Source: Caecitellus pseudoparvulus (taxonomy: Eukaryota; Protista; Bigyra: Bicosoecida). From it: a stretch of DNA of 64,000 bases. Position 1 is the stretch's first letter, and every line of letters starts with the position of its first letter. The notes beneath the pieces were generated by a model, which was given only the letters and a program-made list of their open reading frames with translations, had not been told where the DNA came from and searched no databases. The stretch is from positions 372,001-436,000 of the forward strand of contig CBFFRQ010000080.1 in assembly GCA_965644315.1 (NCBI GenBank), read 5' to 3'. Both the position numbers and the translations under genes were made by a program. This document shows positions 47,120 to 59,200 of the stretch, one piece after another.

Positions 47120-47380
47120 ATGCAACAGGCACTCCCAAGCCCCCAGCAACAAATGGCAGCAATGAAAGCCAAACAGGCAGCACTTGCTGCCGCACAGAAG
47201 GAGGAAGCCAAGGTAAAAGTCCGGGTCGTGCTGCAGGAGGCGCAGGCAAAGTTTCAGCAGTACCTGTCCACCGCTGCGTACTACGGGCTGGTGCCTCTGG
47301 CCCTCACGGTTGGCACTTGGACCAACAACCTGGAGCTGCGGGACCTCCTCTCTGGTGTCAGGCTCCCCTTGCTTGACTGA
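47120..47380 (+). CDS. Small single-TM protein, possibly Tom7-like
   Basis: 86 aa. AYYGLVPLALTVG resembles the Tom7 H(Y/W)G(F/W)IPxxxxxG TM motif after a basic helix. Confidence 0.4.
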   Translation: MQQALPSPQQQMAAMKAKQAALAAAQKEEAKVKVRVVLQEAQAKFQQYLSTAAYYGLVPLALTVGTWTNNLELRDLLSGVRLPLLD

Positions 47381-47715
47381 TGACCCAGAGCTGGACTGAC
47401 GTCTCCCACACATTCTATGGCCAAAGTTGCATCTGCAGTTGAGCGGTTGGAAGCTTCCGAAGGGTGTGCATTACGTGGTGCTCATGAGCAGGGCGACGGC
47501 TCTGACGCAGACATTGCCGAATTTCCGATGCTTATCGAGCTCATGGATGCAGCAGGACAGGAGTTTGCGTCTGCAAGCCTCGCCAAGCGCGAGCAGCCTG
47601 CAGATGGTGGCAGGCACTCGAAGCAAGCTGAGGGTTGAGAGTTGGCCAGCACCAATGCACAACTGCGCCACAGCATCGAAGCGCGCTTGGGGGCTGGAGC
47701 TCCACACTGCAGCTA

Positions 47716-50700
47716 CTACCAGTCGCTGCCAGAGTGCCTGGGGCGGTGCTGGCGCAGGCCGTGTGAGGAGGACAGCCCCGCCAGCTGCCCCTTGAAATCA
47801 CGCAGCCACTCGGCATGTGAAGCCATACGGTTCGACGCCTCTTCGCGCCGGCTCCGAAGGCGCCGCAGGTGGTCCACAGTGCTGCCTGCGGCCATGTCAG
47901 GGTCCAGTGGCATGGCCTTGGCCCGCCGAGCAGGGGACTGCCTGTGCCCTGTGTGGCGAGGCGTTGACTGGGAAGAGGCCGCCTCCTCCTCCCACGCCTG
48001 CTCCCCGTGACCCCGCCCAGCCAACAGCGCCCGCAGCACTGGGACCAGCACCACGGCATCGCCTGCAACGTGCTGTGCCGGGCCGGATGGTGGAGGCCGG
48101 CGCAGCGCCCGCTTGGCCCGGCTGGCGAGGGTGTCCAGGTGGGAGTCCAGCGCATCCACTGCCGCGTGGGCCGCACCCACCACAGACGCGACATGCTGCG
48201 CCTCCAGAGCGCCTGCTGTCTCTGACAGGTCCATGAACAGGGTGTCGTCGGTGGGCTGTGGCGCCTGCAAGGCCTCAGGCGGCACATGCCGCACCGCCTT
48301 GACATCCGCAATGGCACACTGCAAAGCAGCGATGCGGGACTCGCGCCCCTGCAGCCAGGACAGCGTGCACTTGACAGCGGATGCCTCCGCATTCAGAGCG
48401 TGGGTCTGCTTGTCCAGCGTGCGCTTGACGCTACGCAGCATTCGCTTGGTGGTGGCCACTTCGTCTGCTGTGGTGTTGCCGGCAGCGGAAGGCGACAGCG
48501 CCCCCGCCCCGTCGGCATCCCGCTTCCACAGGCGCCTGTCGCGAGCCAGCGCAGAGTGCCGTTTGCGCAAGTCTGCCTTGTGAGCCTTCACCTCCCCTTG
48601 CGCTACCTGCAGGCTGCGCTGCTCAAGGTGCAGGCGGGCCTCCAGCATGCTCACCCGCTGCGCAAACTCAGCAGGCCAGCACTTGGCGTCCGGCGACTGC
48701 ACCGCCACGGAACCGACCACTGGCGTGCTGGGAGCCTGTGGTGGCGGGGTCGGTGCTGGACTGTGGGCGGAGCCTGCACCTGCACTACCACCAGCAGGGC
48801 CAGGGGTGGGCAGAGGGGGGGCAGGGGCGGCAGCTGGCGTGCTCGGCACAGGCGGCGGCGGCGCAGCGGTGGTTGCGGCAGGGGGCGCCGCGCGTGCGCT
48901 CGTGAGCTGCGCCGACAAGTCGACCATGCGCCCAGACAGCGCGACGTTGCCTGCAATGAGCCGCTCGTTCTGCTCCCGCAGCCCCGCGATCTCAGCAGTG
49001 AGCCCCGCCAGCTGGGCTTCTGCCTCGGCCTTGCCAGCCAGGGCCCCGGCAAGGCGAGCTTGCAGCGAGGCCGCTGTCTCGTCGGCAGCGACCAGGCGCC
49101 GCCTGAGGCTGGCAGCGTACGCCTCTGCGTCAGACAGCGCCGCGGAGGTGGCTGCGCCTCCAGGAGTGGCTATGGCGGCGCCTCGTGGCGTGTGGGGCGA
49201 GGGGGGCACAGCGAAGCTAGCCTCCCGGGCAGCCGCCTTGGCTTGCGACAGGGCCGAGTGCGTCGCCGCCAGCTCCGCGTCCAGCGCGGACACCTTGCGC
49301 TCCAGTGCGTCTCGCTGGCTGCGAGCCTCCGTCACCTCCCGCCGTAGGCTGGCCACCCGCTCAGCATTCGCCCCGGCAGAGGAGGAGGCGGCGCGGGCAG
49401 CTGATGCCTGGGACTCCGCCTCCACCGCCCGTTCCTCGGCAGCCTGCCTTGCCTGCGTTGCCGAGTTGCACCGACTCTCTGCAGTCGCCGCGCTTGCCTC
49501 AGCTGTCGCCGCGCGCTCCTCCGCTGCCCGGGCCAGGGCCCTGGCCTCCGCCAGAGTGGCCCGTGTCTTGCCGTGGGCCGTGCGCTCCTCTTCCACGGCG
49601 GCTCCAAGGCTCTGCACTTGGTCCTGCAGCGCCGCCACCTTCCCCTTCAGCTCCGCCAGCTGCACGCCCTCCGCAGCCACCGCAGCGGAGGACGACGACA
49701 GTGCCGCCAGACGACTCTCCAGCTCAGCAGACATGGTCTCAGCTTGCCGCTGCTTGGACTGGGCTGCCTCCTCCGCTGCCCTGGCTGCCTTCAGCGAAGC
49801 GGCCGCCTCTGCCGCTGCCTCCTCGGCTTCCGCCTGCAGACGGCGGGCCTCTGCCTCGGCCTCAGAAGCAGAGGAGGCAGCGGAGCGCTTCGCTGCAGCT
49901 GCAGCTTCACGGGCTGCCTGAGCCTCTTCCTGGGCTGCGGCAAGGCGCCGCTGAGCCTCAGCCTTGGCGGCTGCCAGCTCAGCGGCCGCTGCAGCCTTGG
50001 CAGCAGCCAGCTCCTCCTCAGCTGCCTTGGCCGCTGCCTGGCGCTCTTGGGCATGCTGCGCCGCCAGGCCTTCCGCATCCCCCCGGGCGCTGTCCAAGAG
50101 GCGCCTGCGCTCAGCTGCAGCCTCCTGCTCAGCCTGCTGCATGGCAACCTTGTGGGCCTCGGCTGCAGCTGCTGCTTCCTCCTCCAGCTCCCGCTTCTGG
50201 GCCGCCAAGCGGGCTTTCAGGGCTGCAAGCTCCTCTGCCCCCGCCGCTTCGGCGGCAGTGGCGGCATCCCTGGCCGCCGCCTCGGCCTGTCGCTTCGCAG
50301 TGGCGGCTTGCTCCTGCACTGAGTCCAGCTCCGCCTGCAAGCTGCGCTTCTCTGCAGCCAGGGCTCGTTTGGAGGCGGTCACGTCGCTCTTGGCAGTGTG
50401 CAGCTCATCTTCATGCTGCCTGCGCAGGGCTGCCAGCTCGCGCTGGTGCTGGCTCTTTGCCTGGTGCAGCTCCGCGTCCGCTCGCTCCTGCTCCTCTGCC
50501 AGGGCCTCCCGAGCCGCCGCCTTTGCCCGGAGCACAGCAGAGTGGGCCTCCTCCTCTGCTGCCGCCACGTCGTCCCTGGCGGCTTCCTTCGCCTGCAGCA
50601 CGGCACGGCGACCCTCCTCACGCGCACTCTGGACACTGGCCTCCCACTTTTCGCGTTCGTCCTGCAGGCGCTGGCGCCCTTCAGCGCGCACTTGGAGAAG

Positions 50701-52052
50701 CGCCTCATGCCCAGCTTCAGCCGACGCGTCCAGAGCTTGCAGCTGGCTGAGGCGCGAGGCAGAGGAGGCGTCAGTGGGGGTCACGCCGCCACCCCTGCTC
50801 CCACCAGCCACACCTGACGAGCGAGCCGCACTGGCCACCAGACTGGCCACAGCCGCATCCGCCGCGTCATCTTCACCATCACACACCTTTCCATCTGACT
50901 GCTCGTCCTCGTCGTCGGATGTGAAGGACGGCATGCCCACTGGGGTCAAGGGGGCGCTGCTGCCCTTGGAGTGCAGCGAGCCCAGCGGCGGCTTGGACAG
51001 CCCTGTGCCGGAAGCAGCACTCGCAGGCCGCGCAGAGCCAAGGTTGCTACTCAGGGGCACCCGCTCCTTGCCCGCGCTGGCTGAGCGCTGGTGCGCTGGC
51101 GTGGACAGGGACGCGAGGGGCGTGGATCCGCGACGGCCGGAGGAGGGCGTGATGGGGCCCAGTGAGAAAGACGAGCGGGTGTTCTGGCCCGAGTGCAGCT
51201 TGCCGGCTGAAGGCAGGGGGCTCGGGCCACCGCCCACTGAGCGCGGTGTGTGCCCGCCCCCGCCACTGGCACGCACAGGCGCCAGGCCTGGCGTGCTGGA
51301 GCCAGCCTTTTGCGCTCGGATGAGCTCCGCCACCTCCTCCTGCTCTGCGCGCTTCTTGTGGCTGCTAGCCTGGTCCTGTGCCTTGCGGATCTTCTCTTGC
51401 TTGGCTTTTTTGTACTGTGGGTGTCGTTCGGACGGGGCGTGCAGCGCAAGCATCGGGAGCTGTAGCAGGGCCGTGAACGTACAGCATCGCTGTAGTAGCG
51501 GTCACAAGGGTGCTGCCACACGGACTCCCCTGTCTTGAAGTTGAAGTAGTACACCTGCACAAGGTGGCGCGTCAGGAGGCTTCTCGTGCAAGCGCCGCGC
51601 TCCCGGGGCCCGGAGCTATGCGGAGCAGCGCCGTCGACCAGCGCAACGTTAACGTGCATGCAACCGCTCCACCCCTCACCTCCTCTGAGTTCTTCAGCTT
51701 GCACGGCTTCCAGTCGGGGGGAATGGGGGCCTTCAAACCTGCATGGTGCAATGTGGATCACGTGTGTTGGCCGTCGTGCCGCACGGCTTGCGCGCCAGGC
51801 TGCTCGGCGCTCGATCGGCGTTTCGACTGCGTTTCGCGCACCTTCACGGGCAATGTACAGCAAGTCCTCATCCTCTGGCAACTGCATGCCCAGCCACTTC
51901 GCGTACTCCTCTACTTCAGCCTCTGATGGTTCATAGTTGGGGTCCAGCTCCTGCACCCAAACGAAGCTCAAGGTAGGGGGTGCCCAGCACAGCTGCCTGA
52001 CACGGCGCAGGCTCACCTCCTCCAAGATGATGGTGTCCTCGGCATCCGCCAT
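47716..52052 (-). CDS. CEP164: CEP164-like centriole distal-appendage protein (N-terminal WW module plus long coiled coil)
   Basis: MADAEDTIILEE|ELDPNYEPSEAEVEEYAKWLGM...DLLYIAREG|LKAPIPPDWKPC...|VYYFNFKTGESVWQHPCDRYYSDA|YKKAK, then a final exon of about 1230 codons, A/E/Q-rich coiled coil. Confidence 0.8.
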
Positions 52053-52503
52053 CGTGACAGCACAAAGAGACCAGCGATCAGCACTTGCTTGGAACCCTTT
52101 TCAGTGTTTGCGTGGGCTGGATCACAGGAACTGGTGCCAAAGGTGCGTGCACGGACCACACAACCGAGCTTGGTGAACGAGCCACTGGACAACCTGAGTC
52201 CTGAGTAGCACGAGGCAGGCACACACCAAACGGTAGAGGTGTGATGTGCAAGCGCATACTTTGGTGCTGGTTTTGGTTTTAGTCCGGCAGGCAAAATGCA
52301 GCTGTCTCCGCCAAGCCATCAACTGGCTGGCTGCCTTGCGTGCATTGTACACTGCCTCTGCGAATGCCTGGCACACGGGGGAGGGGACTGGCCACAAAGC
52401 ACCTAGAGCGCCCTGGCTTTGCCAGTCCTTCTGAGTGTCAGCCGGCTCGAGTCCCACGCCGTGCCATGGTCGCCAAGAGTGACCAGGCTGCAGACAAGCC
52501 TTA

Positions 52504-54044
52504 TCACTGCGGCGCCTTTGGGCCGGCTGGAGCCTGCGCTACAGGACTCGTCACAACACTTGCAGGTGCACGAACGGAGACCTGGCGCACATGTCCGTCG
52601 TTCAGTACGCGATACTCAGCGCCACATGCCCTGGCCGGCCTGCGCGCAGTCTCACCACTGGCAGGTGCGGCTGGAGCAGGAAGTCCGCGCGTTTGCCGTT
52701 CAGAAGCAATCTGCGCAGAAGGACAGGCACCCAGGGTGGTTAATTCCGAGATGGCCGATCGCGTTTTTCACTGTTTCGTACCTTGGCTTTCGCGACTCTA
52801 TCCAGAGGGTGCTCCCACGTTGACTCCCCGGTTTCTGAGTTGAAGTAAAACACCTGCGCCGCGGGCCAAGCGAGCACCCGATGCACGGCAGCTCTGCACA
52901 TGCAGACTGCAAGGTATCCTCACATCAGTTGTGCCCCGGGTTTTGTAGGGCTTCCACGGCTCGGGCAAGGGATTCTCCATCGCTGTGGGTGTGAGGGGCG
53001 GGGACGGGGTGCGGACGTGTCACCTGTTCACGAGAGCCAACTCACCCTCTAACGCAATCCACAGCAAGTCCGCTTCCGCTGGCAAGTTCAGCCCCAGGTG
53101 TTTCGCCATCTCCTCCACTTCCGCTGTCGAGGGGGGTTCGTCCCACGCAACCTCCTGCAATCCAACAGAGTGGAGGATGTGCCCGCCGCTCCCAAGCACA
53201 CAGCGCATTTCCACACACCTCACACATGTCCACTGGAGCTGAGGATGTGTCAGTGGGTTGCGAACTCCCACTTGACGCCGCGGCGGTTGAAGCCGCTTCG
53301 CCAGCTGGCTCGGCTTCCGCTGCGGCACCTTGAGCTTGAGCGGGCGCACCTGTTCCAGAGTCGGTACTCCCAGCTGTTTCTTTCTTGCTGGTCTCAGTAC
53401 CCTCCGGCTCCATTGACTTGAGGCGCTCGTCCAAGTCATGGCTGACCCCAGCCTTGTCCAACACCACGATCATCTGCGCAACGCTTGGGGAGCGACCCTT
53501 GCTCAGGAAGCGCCCGAAACCCGCGCCTCATGCCGCACTTTTTTCAAAGTAACCAGATCTTGAGGGTGTGACCACGTCGTCTGCCCTGTGTCAAAGTTGA
53601 AGTAGTACACCTGTGCCAGCGATGTGACGGTGGGTAGAGTGAGGGGCTCGTGCCGACGGGCAAGCCAAGCGACACGCACCTCCCCTGTTGCCTTGACTTT
53701 GCAGGGCTTCCACGGAGCAGCGAGTGGCTCTTTCAAGCCTGCAGGTGCCAGGTCGTTTCAAATATCCGTCTGCCAAAGGGCGATGCCTCGCCACCCACAC
53801 TCACCTTCGATGAGAACGTGCTCCACCAGCGGCAAAGCCTCCATGTCAAGCTGGAAAAAGTCCAGGAACTCCACTATTTCATCTCGGCTTGGCTCGTATG
53901 CGGGGTCCACCTCTTCCTGCAAGGTGCACTTCCCGTCGAGCCATGAGGCCTTGCACCAGTCGATGCAGACGGCCCCGGGATAGAGCGCCAGGCTTCGCCT
54001 GCGCACACATGACCCACCTCCAACACGATGCTTTCGTCCGCCAT
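52504..54044 (-). CDS. CEP164-N-like paralog with two tandem WW modules and no long coiled coil
   Basis: MADESIVLE|EEVDPAYEPSRDEIVEF...LIEG|LKEPLAAPWKPC...|VYYFNFDTGQTTWSHPQD; second module DEPPSTAEVEEMAKHLG...LLWIALEG|MENPLPEPWKPY...|VFYFNSETGESTWEHPLD. The 3' end is uncertain. Confidence 0.7.
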
Positions 54045-54576
54045 ATTATAAACTCAGACGCTCTTCTGGGGGGGGGGGGGGGCAGGCAAGCCCTCCAGTG
54101 CCTTGCAAGGGAGCCCTCGATGGCCTGAAGTGGTTGGTTTCGGACAGAGCGAAACTCCAGCCAGCAACCAAGCCAGTGCTTGACGCTGTCGCTTGCCGGC
54201 TTCGGCGGGAGAGAGTTCCGCGAGAAAGGATAAGAGTGGCAACTTTCAAGGCAGGCTGTGGGGCGGGGTGACTGTGTTTTGTTTTGTTTGGGGGCCCATC
54301 GTTGCGAATGAAGTGTCGGCGAGGAGGAAAAATGGGGAAGAAGTTGCGAGGTGGAAGCCACGGCACCGGAGGGAGCCACGGAGAGCGCGGCAAAGAACTG
54401 CTGGACAATAAACAAAACCCCCACTATAAGCAACCTGGGAGGCCTTTCCACCTCTCGCCGGAACCCGTGCCTCAGTCCGAATCGCAGCCAAGCTTGCGCT
54501 CCAGCTTGCGCGTGATCTGCACACCACGCAGTGGCAGTCAAGGTTGCCAGCCTGAAAGCCAGAGTTTGCTGACAGC

Positions 54577-56041
54577 ATGGCAGCCGGAATCCGTGGTCTG
54601 GTGTCGAAGAAGAAGGTCCGCTACCAGCAGGATGGCTTCGACTTGGACTTGACATACATGTGGGTGGCGCTGAGGCAGTGCACCACCACTGGCGCAGGCC
54701 CGGGCGGTGAACTGCGCCGCGTTCAGCCCCGCGTCGACGCCTGGCCTGAAATCAAAGCGCATGAAATGTTTCTCTTCTTCTCAGTGATCCCCCCGGGCGC
54801 CCGGACTACCACCGTGCGTCATGCTGCAGGCCGCGCCGGGTGTGGTTGCTCGCGACACCTGCCACGGCCACACGCCGGAGAAGCTCCCCGCGGCTGCGAA
54901 CACCTGTGCGGCGCGCTTTGTTCACAGAACGCATCATCAGCATGGGTTTCCCTTCTGAGGGCACAGAGGCGACGTACCGCAACCCGCTGTCCGAGGTGCA
55001 GCGCTTCTTCAAGGAGAAGCACCCTGGGCAGAAGGTCCGCATCTACAACCTGTGCTCTGAACGTGGGTATCCTCCCAGCAAGTTCGACGGCATCGCGAGC
55101 TGCACTGCGTACACCTTTGACGACCACAACCCTGTGAGTGGTCCCCTCGCCGCCGTGCCTGTGAAACTGCGCTGAAACGCTGACTCCCTCGGCACGCGTT
55201 GTCGCAGGCTCCCCTGTCCGTCATCCGGGCGTGCGTGGAGGACATGCACGACTTCCTGAGCAAAGACCCCCAGAACGCTGTGGCAGTGCACTGCAAGGCT
55301 GGCAAGGGGCGGACGGGCACCATCATCTCCGCCTTCATGGTGCGGGAGGGTCTGGCACGAGATGCGATGGAGGCGTTGAAGATATTCGGCGAGATCCGGA
55401 CGTCCAACGGCAAGGGTGTGACCATCCCCTCCCAGATGCGGTATGTGCACTACTACGAGCAGTGCCTGCGCCACGGCTTCGAGAGCTTCCCCGTGAAGAC
55501 GTACCGCATTCGCCACATCCGCCTGATCACGGTGCCCAACTTTGACGTGGGTGGGGGCTGTGACCCCTTCTTCGACGTGCGCCTGGCCGTGTGGGACGAC
55601 AAGAAGAAGACCCACGTGATGAAGAAGATCTTCGACTACTACAAGACCGTGAAGAAGGTGCGCAACTACCGCCCCAGAGACAAGTACGCCGACATCGACG
55701 TTGAGGAGTACGATGTGCGAGTGCGGGGGGACGTCAAGATCGTCCTGTATGACTACGACACCGTCGGTGGCAACGACAAGATGGCGCACTTCTGGTTCAA
55801 CACCGGCTTCGTCACGAACAACTACCTGCTCCTGCACAAGGAGGTGGTGGACCGCGCCTGCAAGGACAAGCACAACAAGGAGTTCGACGCCGACTTTAAG
55901 GTGGAGGTGTTCCTGGACGAGTTGACGGGGGAGGAGGCCAACATTATCATCGAGGGTGAGGAGGTGCTGGACGACCGTGAGGACGGCGCTGAGGATGCCG
56001 AGGCGGACGCAGCTGCTGCTGGGGGCGGTGCAGCCGAGTAA
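54577..56041 (+). CDS. PTEN: PTEN-family phosphoinositide 3-phosphatase with C2 domain
   Basis: LVSKKKVRYQQDGFDLDLTY, IISMGFPS, YRNP, IYNLCSER, FDDHNP, HCKAGKGRTG, GVTIPSQMRYV, RGDVKI, HFWFNTGF. Confidence 0.95.
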
Positions 56042-56291
56042 CGGCGGCACGCCTTGCACCCACCCTCCCAGAAGCCTGTGATTTCTCATTGCTCCCTGTG
56101 TGTTTCCGTCGGCTGTGGTCGCCAGGTACCTGATCGGCGCGTACAAATGCACCACACGCCGAACTCCACGATAGTGGGCCTTTCAAAACACAACTGTCCT
56201 GGAATCAGGCCCTGATTCACCACCGTGACCCGGTGAATGCATTCCTTCGCCACACGTTTGGGAGTGCACAGCGGCCACGTTTGCCAGCGAC

Positions 56292-59200
56292 ATGCAGGGT
56301 GGCCAGGAAGCGACTGCAGCCGGCAGCCAAGCTGGGGCCTCCAGCGCTGAGACAGGGAGCACATCCCAAGCCCCACACGAGGCAAGCGCATTATCAGAGA
56401 GTGATGTTGCCCCGCCGGTGTTCAGGAGCCATGCTGCGAGGCAGAAAGCTGAGATGGAGGCGCGGCAGGTGTGTGCAGCGTTTCTGCGCCGCATGCGACC
56501 CAGCGCGCCTGGCCAGCTTTTCCCGCTCACCTGCTGGCTTGCTTCACATGTGCAGGTGTCTGAGATGATCATGGAGAGGAAAGAGAGCTGGAGGCTGCCG
56601 AGTGACCACCCTGAGGCCGATGTGATGTCTGCCATCGAAGCCGGGCACGAGCTGGACGATGTAGGCGGCATTGTGGAGGCAGCAGGCGCTGGCGGAGACG
56701 ACGCGGCGCCAGTGGAGTCCCTCCTTGCCCCTCGCAGCGAGCGGCAGGGTGGGCCAGGTGTAGAGGGTGGCAGTGCAGGCGCTTCGTCGGGTGACGGGGC
56801 ACAAGCCGAGGCGCCGCCGCCGCGCCCCCCAGCCATCCAGGCGCCTCACCCTCCCGGCTCTGTGTCAGGCAGTGATGGTGAGGAGGAGCAGGACGCAGAG
56901 GCGGCAGCTGCAGCGACAAAGGCTAAGGAAGAGGCCCGCATCCTGCGCATCCTGGAGACACCCCCTCGGGCACGGGGCTCGCACGAGGTGGACTTCCTGG
57001 CGAAGTACCTGCGAGCCAAGGCGCCGAAGCTGTTCGCAGACATGCCAGGGGAGGCAGTGCGCACCGTCGCGCGCAGAGCGACGCTGCATGTGTCGCGGCC
57101 ACAGGAAGTGCTCTTCACCCAGGGCGAGAAGGGGGACAAGTACTTCTTGATCCTGCGGGGGCAAGTGGACATCCACGTCGCGACGGGGAACCAGGCCATC
57201 TCCGCCCTCACCCGCGCGACGAGGGAGTACGCCGACCACGTCGTGGAGTACACAAGCCGTGTGGAGCGCGTGAGCGCCCGGCGCGCAGCTGCCCGGGTGC
57301 GCGCGCAGCGCCAGGCACTGCTGGGGCGCAAGGAAGCCTCTAGCGAAGAGGCGGAGGCAGCAGCTGCGGAGGAGGAGGCGGCTGCCCAGCGCAGCCGCCG
57401 CGCAGACGCCCTGTCCTCTGGCATGAGTGATAAGGATGCCGCCTTGCGGGAGGAGGCGCACCGGTACCCACCCCTGCTGTTCACCATGGCTGACGCCCGG
57501 ACATACCCCCCTGGAGTGGCACGTGAGGGTATTGTCGTTCGGTCTGAAGCTGCCAAGCGGCACGATGAGAACGCTGCCAAGGCACAAGACTCCCTGTATG
57601 AGCAAATCGCCGCGCAGCAGGCTGCACAGATGATGAAGCGGGCGGCCGGCGGGGGGGGCGGCGATGCTGAGCGGGAGCTGGAGCTGACGACACAGGCGGC
57701 GCTGGCACTGGCTTCTCAACTGAACCGTAAGCGCCTGGTGGGCAAGATCACCACAGCGGTGACCAAGGGCTCCCAGACACCTGCCGCCTACCGTGGCGTG
57801 GACTTCTTCCAGCTCCTCGGCAGCAAGCTCGGGTACAACAACGTGCACGACAAGGAGTGCCCCCTGCGGGTGCCCATGACCGTGCAGGCCAAGGATCTGG
57901 GCAATGTCGTGGTGACGCTGCCACCTGGCGCAGGCTTTGGCGAAATCGCCCTGCTGGGTGCAGCCCAGGGCATGAAGCCCCCGCCTGGGCAGGACGACTT
58001 CACGCCTGCGCAGAAAGCTGAGATCGAGAAGCTGTCCAAGCGCAATGCCTCAGCAGTGTGTGTGGGGAGCAAGGGCTTCGACGCGGAGCTGGGGCGAGTG
58101 GTGGGGGATGACGTGCAGGAAGCGGAAGATGTGGCGGAGGCACGAGCGTCCCCCACGGGGCGGGGCCCCGGCAGCCCCGTCCGCAACGCAGCCGGTGCAG
58201 CTCCCGGTGACTTCTCCAAGGACGCCATGTTCGGTGCCCACCCCGATGACGACCGGGACAAGAAGAGCATCTTGCGGGGCCTGACGTACCTCCTGGTGAT
58301 TGACAAGGAGACGTACCTGGAGTCCCTCACGGAGAAGGCGCGCCAGGAGCTGGACGTGAAGATGCAGTTCCTGCGCCACGGCATGGGGCTGCCCCTCTTC
58401 ACAGACTGGCCCACCCGCCGCCTGACCACCATCGCGTACGCGCTGAAGGAGAAGGCCTTTCCCCTGCGAGCACCCATCTTCACACGGGGCAGCCCTGTGA
58501 AGGGTGTGTACTTCATCGTCACTGGTTTCGTGCGCGTGACGGCGTACGCCAAGCGCAAGGCGCCCCCGCAGGGCCTCGCCAAGACGCTGGGCACCAGCAC
58601 CAAGGGCATGGGCAGTGCGCGCTCTCGAGTGCACCAGTTCGCCCTCACCAACCAGCGCCTCCCCGTGTCCGTGGTCACCCTGGGGCCCGGCAGCGTCGTG
58701 GGGGACCTCGGCCCCAAGGGCGTCCTGCCCGACGCCCGCCACACCACCAGCGCCGTGGCTGAGAGCTCCACCGTGACCACCTTCTTCCTGCCCCAGCACG
58801 ACTTCCTGAACCTGGTCATGCGGCAGACAGACACGTGGGTGGCGGCGCGTCTGGCGGCGGAGGGTCAGCGCCGCATGCAGGGGCAGCGCTCCGCCATGGC
58901 CTCCCTGGGCTTGTCAGCGGACATCCTGGCGTCCCTGACGCCCTCCCAGCGCAGTGCCCTGGGCGGGCCGGCAGAGGGTGTGGCCGCCCCCGAGCCGTAT
59001 GCTTTTGGGTACGGTGACGGCAACGAGTACTGGGAGACGTTGCAGGGTGTCGGCTCCAACCGCAACGTCAAGTTCCAGGCGGATCCGAAGCCGGCGGAGG
59101 ACGGCTTGCCGCCTGGCATCCTGCGGGACAGCGCAGCAAGCGCACCCCGCAAGGCCCCCCGTAAGCCCCGCAAAGCAAAGGACGCCTTGACGCAGTCCAT

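Noticed and set aside
47417-47760. Possible small plus-strand gene with faint Med11-like pattern (MAKVASAVERLE...LASTNAQLRHSIE...PHCSYY)
   Set aside because: It needs an implausibly short intron or a frameshift and would overlap the CEP164 3' end. The similarity is too weak to call.
48286-51538. Long plus-strand ORFs (353-524 aa) antisense to CEP164, and similar shadow ORFs opposite other genes
   Set aside because: Expected stop-poor antisense frames of GC-rich, Ala/Glu-rich coding DNA; no domains.
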